A DNA stretch of 64,000 nucleotides, from assembly GCA_043228905.1 (NCBI GenBank), contig JBHGNT010000017.1:18724001-18788000 (forward strand), in the 5' to 3' direction. The position numbers and the translations under genes were made by a program. Below, in pieces: positions 37,269-48,897 of the stretch (within the stretch, counting starts at the first letter, position 1; each line of letters starts with the position of its first letter). The notes below the pieces were generated by a model. The model was not told the origin of the DNA. It did not search any database and saw only the letters and a program-made list of their open reading frames with translations. The stretch comes from Azolla caroliniana (taxonomy: Eukaryota > Plantae > Polypodiophyta).

Positions 37269-40200
37269 TGTTGGGATTACGGTCCCTTTCGGATGGGATG
37301 GTCGGATATCGGAGATGAATGCCGACAAGCCCGGTTTCGGTTTCGGAACCGGATGATGAAGACCCCGGCTTCGGAGCCGGATGACGAATGTACCCGGAGC
37401 GAGATCCGGATGCGGGGACATATCTGTGAATATGTTTGCCAAGGGCCCTTGAGGCTATAGTTGTAAATAGCCCCAAAGTCATATGTGTATAAATATGACT
37501 TAGGGCAAACAGTTTGTATGCTGCTGATCATTTTTCTGTTTTTCCACTCAAGAGGAGTGAAGAGGGAGCAGCCGTGAGAGAGAGAGAGAGAGAGAGAGAG
37601 CGTGAGAGAGGAAGAGGACGACGCCTCTTTGTATTTCCGCCTCCTGTGGCGAGGACAGCGAGCTCAAGGTCGTCGCCTTGCAGCTCGCCATTGTATACTT
37701 CTCTGTATAGTGTTGGTTTGGAGTCTTGTACTCCCGTGGTTTTTCCCGTCTAGGGTTTTCCACGTTAATCCCTGTGTGTTCGCGTTTTGTTTCTCTTTGT
37801 GGTTCCTATTTTCTGCTCCATTGATTCGCGCTTACTCGGTTGTGGCCGAGTGGTGAAGGTGAATCGAAGCGTTGATTCCCAACAAACTGGTATCAGAGCG
37901 AACTGCTGCAGAAAATGGAAGGCGGCGGCAGCGGGCAGCCGGGGATGATGGTGCTGAATGCGCAGAATTAAGCCGACTGGAAGATCAAGATGGAGGATCT
38001 TCTGATTGTTCGGGACCTGTACGAACCGATTGACAGGTCGGAAATACCGAAAGGGGTACTTGAGTCGGAATGGAGGCTTCTGAACCGGAAAGCCGTTGCA
38101 ACCATTCGGCAATACGTCGACGTGAGCGTTCTACAACATGTGGCGAACGACACCAACGCATATGAGATGTGGCGGAAGCTGTCGGGCCTCTATGAGAGGA
38201 AGAATGCGTTGAACCGGACCTCCCTGATGAGGAAGATAGTGAATCTCAAGTACCGGGACGGCGAGAGTATGGTGGAACACGTAAGCACGTTCATGGGATT
38301 CGTGAATCAGCTTGCGGCGATCAAGTTCCCGTTGGAGGATGCAATGCAAGCCATCATCCTGATGTGTACATTGCCGGAAAGCTGGGAGAACTTGGTGGTG
38401 ACTCTCAGCACCTCCTGCACAGAAGATAACTTGTCCTTACAAACGGTAAAGACAAGTATTTTGAACGAAGAAGCGCGTCGGAGAGATAAAGAACCGGCCT
38501 CCGACCCGAAGGCGCTGCTTACCGAATCGGATCGGGGAAGACAATGGAACCGGAGTCCGCAAAGACGGGAGAAGTCGGGGACCCGGTCGTAGTCAAGAGG
38601 AAGGCCCACATGCTTCCACTGTGGGAAGCCGGGGCATTTCCGAAAGAATTGTCGGCATTACCGAAAAGACAACGGAGCCGACGACACCGATTCGAAGAAG
38701 TCACCGGAGAGAAACGGTGCATACCGGGGAGCCACGGACCGGAGAGGTTCGGATCGGCGAGGGCAGGACCGGAAAGGAACGACGGCACTCGCGGCAAGTG
38801 AGGAAGAAATCATGCTCATCACCGAAGAAGGTGAAGTAAACATTGCCGGCGATGAGACGACCTAGGTGGTCGATTCCGGAGCATCGTTCCACCTGACCCC
38901 GGAGAGAAGATACTTCTCATCCTACACAGCCGGTGAGCATGGCTGTGTTCGGATGGGAAATGAAGGTACGTGCCGGATTGCCGGCATAGGAGACGTGTGG
39001 TTGACAACCCCGACCGGATGCAAAATGCTGCTGAAGGATGTCCGACACGTTCCAGAGGTTCGATTGAACCTGATTTCGGCCGGGAGGCTAGACGATGAAG
39101 GCTACACAGGTAGCATCCGGAACGGCGTAATGAAGTTCAGCAAGGGGAGCCTGATAGTGGCTCGGGCCCGGAAAGACAACACACTGTACCTGATGAATGC
39201 CCGGTTGTGTCCGGAAGAGTTAAACGTGGCAGCCGACACTGCCGGTGAGCTGTGGCACAAGAGACTGTGTCACATGAGTGAGAAGGGGATGAAGAGGCTT
39301 GCAGAAGACAACCTTATCCCAGTGAAGCATGTGCACCTGGAGAAGTGCACCGATTGCCTGGCCGGTAAGCAGAACCGAACCTCCTTCCACTCAAGGCCAC
39401 CGACGAGACGTAGCGCACCATTGGAGTTGGTGCACACTGATGTGTGTCAGGTAGAAACGAAGTCACATGGCAGAGCCCAGTACTTCGTAACATTCATCGA
39501 TGATCATAGCCGAAAGCTGTGGACGGCACCGTTGAAGACAAAGGACCAAGTGTTGTCCGTCTTCAAAGAACTCCACGCGAGAGTGGAAAGGGAATTCGGC
39601 AAGAAGCTGAAAGCGATACGAGCGGATAACGGAGGGGAATACCGGGGGCAGTTCGCGGAGTACTGTCGCTCGAAGGGAATCCGGCTCGAGTTTACTGTGC
39701 CGAAGACGCCGGAACTAAACGGGCTGGCCGAGAGGATGAACCGGACCATAATGGAGAGGGTCCGGAGTATGCTGGCGCATGCGAAATTACCCAAGGGTTT
39801 TTGGGCTGAGGCAATGTCGACGGCGACATACGTGATAAACAGATCACCCTCAGTACCTTTGGACGGAGACACGCCGCAGAGAGTGTGGACCGGTAGGGAA
39901 GTGTCCTACCGGCATCTGAAGGTGTTCGGGTGTCTCGCATATGTGCATGTGGCTAAGGACCGGAGAGGAAAGCTAGATCCAAAGACCCGGCCATGCATAT
40001 CCTCGGTTACGGCAATGACGAGTTCGGCTACCGAGTATGGGACCCGATCGACAAGAAGATATTCCGGAGTCGTGATATCATCTTCATGGAGAACAAGACA
40101 CTCGCCGACTGGGAGTCGGAGAAGAAGATGAAGAGCTCCAAGTCGACCGGTGAGGATCAACTCTACGAGGAGCAGTCCCGACCGGCAAGGGACCGGTTAG

Positions 40201-42078
40201 CACTCGAGGATCCGGCCGAAGACGGTGAAGAAACTGAACCGGCCGAAGAAGATGAAAATGATACCAGAACCGGCCCCGATCCCGAAATGGATTCGGATGA
40301 AGAAGAATCGGAAGAACCGGTTACCGAAGCTCCGGAACGGAGATATCCTCTAAGAGAGAGAAGGGCCCCCCGGAGATTTCCGGAACCAGAGCACGTGCTG
40401 CTAACCGTCGAGGGGGAGCCGGAGAGCTGTTTGTGAAGAAGTTCGAAGGAGGAGACTTTCTAACACTCCTTTTGTACGTGGACGACATGTTGATTGTCGG
40501 ACGGGACCAGGTCAGGATACGGATGCTGAAGAAGGCTCTTCACCGAACCTTCTCAATGAAGGACCTGGGTCCGGCGAGACAAATACTAGGGATGCACATC
40601 ATCCGGGACCGGAGCAAGAAGCAGTTGTGGCTGTCACAGGAAAAGTACGTGACAAAGGTGCTTGAACGGTTCAACATGTCGGAAGCAAGACCAGTCGGAT
40701 CGACCCTCCCGGCAAACTGCAAGCTGTCCAACAAGCAAAGTCCCAAGACAAAGGCTGAAAAGGAGGATATGATGAAAGTGCCGTATGCCTCAGCCGTCGG
40801 GAGCTTGATGTACGCCATGGTGTGTACGAGACCGGACATAGGATATGCAGTCGGAGTGGTGAGCCGGTACATGAGCAATCCCGGCAAAGAGCATTGGAAC
40901 GCGGCCAAGTGGATACTCCGATACCTGAAGGGCACGGCAAACGTGTGCCTCCGATTCGGCTCCGGTAAGCCCGAACTCGACGGCTTTACCGATTCGGATA
41001 TGTCGGCTGATGCAGATACCAGTCGGTCCACATCAGGGTATGTGATGACGTATGCAGGGGGAGCGGTTTCATGGCAGTCGAGGCTGCAGAAGACGGTTGC
41101 GTTGTCAACCACGGAGGCGGAGTACATGGCGGCTGTTGAAGCCGGCAAGGAAATAATATGGATGAAGGACTTCATTAGAGAGCTCGGTATCCGACAGGAG
41201 GAGTACCGACTCTACTGCGACAGTCAGAGTGCAATCCACCTTGCGAAGAACGCGGCCTATCACTCCCGAACGAAGCACATCCAGCGAAGATATCACTGGA
41301 TCCGGGAAAGGATAGAAGACAAGGAGTTCGTGCTGACGAAGGTCCACACGGACGAGAACGGGTCGGATATGCTGACCAAGGTGCTCACACCCGACAAGCT
41401 GGAAGCATGCCAGAAGAGGATCGGACTGGAGAGACATCCCATGCCGAAGTGAAGGGGGAGTTTGTTGGGATTACGGTCCCTTTCGGATGGGATGGTCGGA
41501 TATCGGAGATGAATGCCGACAAGCCCGGTTTCGGTTTCGGAACCGGATGATGAAGACCCCGGCTTCGGAGCCGGATGACGAATGTACCCGGAGCGAGATC
41601 CGGATGCGGGGACATATCTGTGAATATGTTTGCCAAGGGCCCTTGAGGCTATAGTTGTAAATAGCCCCAAAGTCATATGTGTATAAATATGACTTAGGGC
41701 AAACAGTTTGTATGCTGCTGATCATTTTTCTGTTTTTCCACTCAAGAGGAGTGAAGAGGGAGCAGCCGTGAGAGAGAGAGAGAGAGAGATAGAGCGTGAG
41801 AGAGGAAGAGGACGACGCCTCTTTGTATTTCCGCCTCCTGTGGCGAGGACAGCGAGCTCAAGGTCGTCGCCTTGCAGCTCGCCATTGTATACTTCTCTGT
41901 ATAGTGTTGGTTTGGAGTCTTGTACTCCCGTGGTTTTTCCCGTCTAGGGTTTTCCACGTTAATCCCTGTGTGTTCGCGTTTTGTTTCTCTTTGTGGTTCC
42001 TATTTTCTGCTCCATTGATTCGCGCTTACTCGGTTGTGGCCGAGTGGTGAAGGTGAATCGAAGCGTTGATTCCCAACA
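37269..42078 (+). mobile_element. Element K: Ty1/Copia of the same family as B, with a ~535-bp RT deletion
   Basis: 616-bp LTRs at 37269-37884 and 41463-42078; TSD AAAAA; iMet PBS at 37888-37901; PPT at 41449-41462. Confidence 0.96.
37915..41452 (+). pseudogene. Element K gag-pol (stops at 37968, 38590 and 38863; frameshift near 40000; deletion near 40427)
   Basis: Gag, VDSGASFH, integrase D,D,E region, LYVDDML and RNase H; EGEPES is joined directly to VFVKKF. Confidence 0.92.
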
Positions 42079-42083
42079 AAAAA

Positions 42084-43016
42084 CGAGTCCGGGAGGTAAC
42101 CCGGTGGAGTGACCCGGTGGAAGAAAAGACGGGCTTCGTCGAAGCCACTTGTCAAAACTACGAGGCTCTGGTGGAGGACAAGCGAGTAGGGAAAACTAGA
42201 GGGGTCGGGCCCTCGCAGCGATATGAAACTCGATTCGGGCAAAGACGGAATGAGGCTGTTGTAACCGGCGCCCAGGATAATCCCAAGAAGGGCGGGTACC
42301 GGCTGGGCACAGAAATCGAAAGATCCACGGACCTGCGAAAGGTCCTAGAAGAACGAATCCTCGACAGCAAGGTAGTGCTATCGCTGAGGGAATTGCTCGT
42401 GATCGCCAAGGAGTTCCACGACTCTATCATAGACTTGGTAAAGAGGAAGAGGCTGTCGACAGAGACAGAACCAGAGAAGCCGGTGGAGGTGCGAACGACG
42501 CACATAGAGGACATGGCGCTAGAAGACGAGTTGGCGGAGAGCCACTATTCGAGGCCGCACTGGGCCAGAGCGACCACGGAGACCCCTGTGAAGATCGGAG
42601 ATGTTTATGAACCGGCGGTGGCATTGGTGGACCATGGTTCAGAAATCAATTTGATGTCCATGGACTTCTATAAGAAGGGAAAATGGCCGATCAACACCAA
42701 GCACGGGTGGAAAATACGGGCGGCGACGCGTGCCACCGAAGAACTGCATGGAGCCTGCCCGAACATACGAGTAAAGATCGGCGATGTCGAGATTTACCAG
42801 CACTTCTTCGTGCAGGAGACGTCCTCACATCCGGTTATACTAGGAGAACCGTACATCACGGCAGCACGGATGGAGACCAAGGTGCTGGACAACGGCTCGG
42901 CCTATGCAAGGGTCAAGAGCCAGGATGGGCGTCACTCGGTCCAGTTCCTGATAGTGAGACCGAACCATGAGAGGAACCGCGAGACCCTTGGGGGCGAAAG
43001 CCGGGAGGATTTTTGA
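42084..43016 (+). pseudogene. Element H gag C-terminus and aspartic protease
   Basis: ALVDHGSEINLMS and ILGEPY motifs; in frame with gag once K is removed (VEK|RVREV). Confidence 0.85.
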
Positions 43017-43050
43017 AGAGGGCTATCAAGGCGTGGGGCCACGATAGTCC
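43007..43050 (+). promoter_or_regulatory. Candidate programmed -1 frameshift signal (element H)
   Basis: G GAT TTT directly before the TGA; 6-nt spacer; stem GGGCTAT(C)/(G)ATAGTCC with inner CGTGG/CCACG; the RT ORF is in the -1 frame. Confidence 0.65.
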
Positions 43051-46000
43051 GGACACTCCGGGAAAACCCCACAAGTGTATGATAGCAAAGAAAACCTGTG
43101 CTATAAGTAGGGAATTTTGGTTCTCCGACAACGGAGGGTGTACGATAGTCGACGTTGTTGACCGGAAGAAGAGAAGGGCGGAGGAGCGACTTCGGGCATG
43201 TGGCGTCCTCAACCTCAGAGAGGAAATCAACGGAGCCGTGGAGGCGGTCTCTTTCGACAATACCTTGGGGGAGCTGCGGGAGGTAGTCGGAGGAGTCCTT
43301 AAAGAGGACCAGACGATTCCGGTATGTTCGGAAAAGATGTACGAAGTCATCGCGGACTTTAGTAGAGGGCTCAAGTCGGATCGGACGGCCCGGGTGGACA
43401 CGAGGTACAAGACTGTGGACCGGAAGGTGAGGCCAGTCGCGGCTCCCTTGCCGAAGGGCAGCGAGTTGCGAATAAAGGGGGTTGCGTCGGACCCGAGTTT
43501 ACGAAATCCGGCCCGCATAGGACACACGTTCACCGACATAACGCTGCGCGAGCTCAAAATCGGTGGGGGCGGCTTCCTACTGCTAGCGGAAGAGGACCGT
43601 TTTCGGGGAATGCTCGGAAGGCACAGGAAGGCTTTCGCATTCTCACCGGAGGAGATCGGGTGCATAGACCCGAAAGTCGTGGAACCGATGGTGATATTCA
43701 CGGTACCGCATGTGCCGTGGAGTCTCAAACCGATTCCAGTACCCAGAGCTCACATCCCGAAGCTGATGGAGCTGTTAAAGCAGAAGGTCGAGATGGGAAT
43801 CCTCGAACCGTCGAGTGCCCCATACTCGAATCGGTGGTTTACCGTGCCGAAGAGGGACGGCACGCTGCGCTTTATTCAAGACCTGCAGCCGGTCAACAAG
43901 GTGACCATTCGAAACGCAGGAATCGAACCAACAATAGACGAGTTCGTGGAAGCCTTCGTCGGAAGGTCGATTTACTCGGTCGGTGATCTCTACTCGGGGT
44001 ACGATCAATTCCAGCTTGCCGTAGAGAGCAAAGACATCACGACAATGCGAACTCCTCTTGGCCTAGTACGGATGTGTACCCTGCCGCAAGGAGGGACGAA
44101 CTCGGTGGCTCACATGGTGAACGCAATCAACAAAGTGCTGAGGGATTGTATCCCGGACATCACCATGCCGTTTTTGGACGACGTCCCGATCAAGGGATCC
44201 CCGATGGAGGAAAGGGACGAGACGATCGGACCGGACGGATGCCGGAAATTCGTGGCGACGCACATCAACGACTACGAGAAGGTGCTGCAAAGGTTGGAGG
44301 GAGCGAGGCTCACCTTCTCCGGGGGAAAATCGGCCTTCAGGCAATCAGAGATCATGGTCGTCGGACACCTATGCAGGCCGTACGGCCGGAAACCGTCTCC
44401 GGCTAAGGTAGAAGCCATCTCCGCAATGAAGAACGACTGCAGCTCGGTCATGGAGGTTCGGAGGTTCTTGGGAGCGTGCGCGTTCTACCACATATGGATC
44501 CCGCATTACGCTCACGTCGCAGAGCCATTATACGGGTTGCTGAAAAAGGGGTGAAAATTTGAGTGGAGAGACGAGCATACGGAGTCTATCGGAAGATGAA
44601 GGAAGCACTTGCCACGGCTCCGGCGCTCCGAAAGGCTGTCAACGGAAAGAGCACTCCAATTTACGTAACGGTAGACACGAGTCCAACCGGGATCGGATGG
44701 GTCGTTGACCAAGAGGACGAGGACGGCATGCGTTCCCCGATCCGGTTCGGCGCGAAGGTCCTTATCGAACGACAGCGAGGATACGCCCAGGTTAAACGCG
44801 AGCTCTGGGGTATCGTTTCGGCGGTAAAGGCCGATAAAGACTACCTGATCAGGACAGAGGTAATTATCGAGACGGACTGCTTGCCGATCCTTGGCATGGT
44901 TTCCGGATGCGTGACGCCGGACCTAGCAATGCTCAGGTGGATAGCGTACATCAAGTCCCTGAATCCGGAAATACGACACATTTCCGGGAGAGACAACGCC
45001 ATGGCCGACATGCTTTCAAGGGCGAGGTTCGAAAACGATGGCGGCATGGTTTCAGAGGACGAGGAAGTCGGTGTGGACTTCTTCGAGGCGGCTTACGTAA
45101 TAACCGGCAGGGAATGCTCTCCGACGCTTAACGATTTCGACGAGAGCAAGTACGACGGGGAGTGGTTGCAGATCGGTGGGTTCCTGAGAACAATGACACC
45201 GGACGCGGCATGGACAATGGACGAGGCCAACCGGATTCGGAAGAAAGCCTACCGATTCTTTCTCCGAGACGGATACATATGGAAGCACCCGAAGAAGAGG
45301 AACGGCATCCCGCTCCGAGTGGTGGCGAAGAAGGAGGAACAGGAGGATTTGCTGGCGGCGTACCACGATAGCCCGTGGGCTGGACACCGTGGAACGTGGG
45401 CCACGTTCGAAAAGCTAAAGGGGAAGTACTGGTGGCCGGGACTATACCGGGACGTGCATCGGTTCGTGACGACTTGCGAAAGCTGTCAGGTGCACTCCAT
45501 GATCCGACATCGGGACGAGCTTCACCTGACCTACCCTCTGACCGTCCACTTCAAGTGGATGGTGGATTTGGTGACGATGCCAATGGGGGTAGGACAGATG
45601 CGGTATCTGGTGCTGGCTCGGGAAGATCTAACGAACCAGGTTGAATGCTGAGCCTTGCAGAACAAGACGACGGCAGACGTGTGCCGGTTTTTGATTGAGG
45701 ACGTAGTATGCCGATACGGGTGCGTAGGGAAGATCGTAGCTGACCGTGGTGAGTTGGACGCTGAAGAGGCTGAAGAGCTGTTCGACTGGCTAGGAGTCAA
45801 ACTTTCGCTCACCACAACGTACAATCCAGAGGCGAACGGGAAGGTGGAGCGCGAACATGGGCCAATTGTCAAAGCGCTAGTACGGGCGTGCGGAGGCCGA
45901 GTCGGGGACTGGCCACGGCTGCTACCTTATGCCTTGTGGGCGGACCGGACTACGCACAGTTCGGTAACCGGGTTCATGCCGGCCGAGCTGATGTTCGGAC

Positions 46001-46500
46001 AGAAGCCGATCATGCCAACAGAGCGAACGATCTCCTTGTGGGCCACGGTGGACTGGAGGGATGAGATGAGCCAGGACGAATTGTCGGTGGCGCGGATTCG
46101 ACAGCTCGAGCGGAGGCCGGAGGACGTAGAGCGAGCCGCGGAGAAACTTCGAGTAGCGAGGATAAGGAACAAAGCCCGGTTCGACTGAACACACCGGTTC
46201 AAGCCAAGGAAGATCGAGGAAGGCGATTGGGTGCTAGTCTACGACAGCAGCCTCGACAATCAGCACAGGGCCACGCGGAAGTTTGCGAGGAGGTGGTTCG
46301 GGCCTTACGTAGTAATAGGCGCCAACGGCAATGGGACGTACCATCTCGCGGAGCTCGACAGTACGAGAATGGCGATACCAGTAGCGGGGAAGAGGATCAA
46401 AGCGTTCAAGAAATGGCACGACGGGGAGCCGGGGCTAGGGGGCATGGACACCAACGACGAGCAGCCCGAGGCGGAGGATGAACCGGTAAACGAGGAATAA
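43013..46500 (+). pseudogene. Element H RT-RNase H-integrase
   Basis: DLYSGYDQF, LPQGGTNS, FLDDVPIKG, VDTSPTG..KRELWG..TDC, H..GHRG..CESCQ, ADRGE, NPEANGKVE, WFGPY; several stops and a frameshift. Confidence 0.9.
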
Positions 46501-46576
46501 AAGCAAGGATCAGTTTTCTCCCATAGGAACCCAGTTTTAGCGCATACCAGTGGATGCGCGGTTAGGTGGGGGCGGA

Positions 46577-47261
46577 TGTCGTGAAGAAAACCGTCCCCAG
46601 GCGCAAACCGTGTATAGTGTGTGTGAACCGGCCCTTACACGTGGGCACGTCCCTTGTCGTATAGTAGATAGGTAGGCACAAAGGTTAAATCCTAGGTAGC
46701 AATATTCTATAAGGGAAATCGAGGAGTATCTCTGTCCGAAAGGATAGAGAATTAATGTGATGTAAACGGGTGAAACGGCCTCCCTCCTTGAGCTATAAAA
46801 GAGAGGGAGACGGGGGAGAGAAGATATCGCGCACTAGAGGGAACGAAGTGCTGTCGGACTGGGACCGAGCTCTTCTCTGTCGTTCTCCATAGCCTTCTTT
46901 TGCGCAGGCTCTCAAGAGGCTAATTTTGCTCCGTGGAACGCCCATGTGCTTCCGGTAGAATCTCCATCTTGCTCTCCTGTGTGCGTGGGTGATTAGGTGT
47001 CGGCACCCACCTCGCCGACCTGGTCGGCTGTAACAGTTCGAGTCGTCTGCATACATACAAATACATGCCTATATTTACATACACACTCTAATGTTCTCAA
47101 CTCGCATCTCCTGTGTTGTTGTGACGCGTCCCCATGCGCTTCTTTGTCTATACGTGAGTGAGCATCTCTCTCTCTCTCTCTCTCTTTTCCTCACCTATTC
47201 CTCGGTCCAAGACCCCAGTGGTCCCGCCTTGTTCTCCACGCACATGCGTAACAACGCGACA
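46577..47261 (+). repeat. Element H 3' LTR
   Basis: TG...CA ends; follows the PPT; followed by TSD ACGT. Confidence 0.93.
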
Positions 47262-47265
47262 ACGT

Positions 47266-48852
47266 TACTACAAGATTTCGGCTCTGAAATCCTAAAAATG
47301 TGTGACGATTTCGCACTAAATTACAACATTGATGATACACTTAAGAGAACGGCCACGGAACTTAGAGATAAAACAAGAGCACAAAATAGATATGAAAACC
47401 CTAATATTAGAGATATAGACATTACAATGTATGAAGGGGAAGAGGAAAATGATAATGAAATGTTTTATGACAGTCCCTCGTACATTGCTCCCGTAGAAGC
47501 CGAGATAAATAACACTAAAAATTCTGTCCCCCATACTATTAACTTGAATAAAAATTCTAATCACACACCCACACCCAACCCCAAAAAGAATCTAAACTTT
47601 ACCCTAAACCCTAATCCAGAACCTAAGTCTAACCCAAACACTAACTCTAATTCCAAAAATACCACTAACCCTTTTCCTAACTCTCACCCTAACCCAAACC
47701 ACCGCTCCAATAATAACTCCAAACAAGCGCAACGTCCTCGTCATCGAGCATCTAACCTCCTTTTCACCTACAACACCGCAACTAATGAGGTTAAACAAGC
47801 ATTTAAACCTTGTCCCAACCATGGAGGGCCTCAAGTTATTTTTCATAACCCAAACTTTGCCAATAATGAACCACACCATTCTCGCTCACCACAAGCTTTC
47901 GCAACGATAGGCCTCGGTCATCTCCCCGCTCATATAAGTCCTCCAGCTCCTAACACCGTCCCCGAGCTCCATCCACCATACTATCGTCAACCGCACCTGC
48001 CAAACATTTCAAGACAACAATTTCAACACTCTGTTACGAATCAAAGCCGCCAACAAAACTTCCCATCGTCGCCGCCGCCCCTTCTCCGTCATACACATGG
48101 TACGCCCTACAATAATTGGACATCACAGAAACGTGATCCACTGCACAATAACCAGCAACATGTCGTGGTTGATCGCGGCCTCTTTCATCAATCGTTCCCC
48201 CCCCCTATTGTAAACGAGTATGGGACTGTGTTGGACAGTCATCTCGTCCACCCTTCCCCCTCCCTACATGGTGCGTTGTTTGGGACTGCGCAAGGCAGCC
48301 AACACACATTCGCGCTGCCCCTCCTTCCAACCCCTCATCCATGCTCACAACAGCCTCACCTCTCACGTTTTCAGAACCCTAATTACTCCCATTTCTCTAT
48401 TCCCTCATCACATCCCCTTTTGTCTTCATATGGAGGCAGCCTCTATAAACAAATGCCTCCTCCCCTCCCCTCTCCCTCTCAATTATTTCCATATCTCATA
48501 CATGCCCTTGCATTACTTCCCGATAATCTAACTCATGCCCCCCCCCTATTTTGCCCCTAATTCACATACTACCCCTCCCCCTCCTTTATCAAATTTTCAT
48601 TCGCCCCCCCCACTTTTTTTTACCCCATTTGTTGAAACCCCCCCCTCTAACTCATACTCTACCCCTCCCTCGTATCTTAATAAACCTCCTTCTTATTATC
48701 CCCTCTCTAATATAAAAACCCCCTTCACCCACCACACCACCCCTCCCTCCTATCCTAATCATAAACATTATAGAAATACACCACACTCCACTAATCCTCC
48801 CCCTACCACACACCATAGGAACCCACCTTCTAGCCGACCAAAAAACGACTAG
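47266..48852 (+). pseudogene. PLE ORF1, C-terminal part (N/P-, Q/H- and P/S/Y-rich low complexity; frameshift around 48460-48540)
   Basis: ORFs 47091-48560 and 48535-48852; ends NDstop at the slippery site. Confidence 0.68.
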
Positions 48853-48897
48853 CACGGCGTGCTAAGCGTGTTAACAAACACTTTAGACACGCCGTGC
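48840..48897 (+). promoter_or_regulatory. Candidate programmed -1 frameshift signal (PLE ORF1/RT)
   Basis: A AAA AAC in register; 5-nt spacer; perfect 10-bp stem GCACGGCGTG/CACGCCGTGC with inner CTAA/TTAG and GTGTT/AACAC. Confidence 0.78.

Larger units (their letters stand above)
34245..47261 (+). mobile_element. Element H: autonomous-type Ty3/Gypsy, tRNA-Trp primed (Phygy-like assignment tentative), rearranged 5' end, interrupted by I and K
   Basis: TSD ACGT (34241-34244 / 47262-47265); PBS at 36039-36056; PPT at about 46564-46576; gag-PR / RT-RH-INT. Confidence 0.9.

Noticed and set aside
200-46500. Numerous short or antisense ORFs in the supplied track
   Set aside because: They are shadow frames of GC-rich TE coding DNA or LTR-derived ORFs repeated with each LTR copy.
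47091-48560. 489-aa ORF as a host gene
   Set aside because: The first ~57 codons come from the H LTR; the rest is PLE ORF1.
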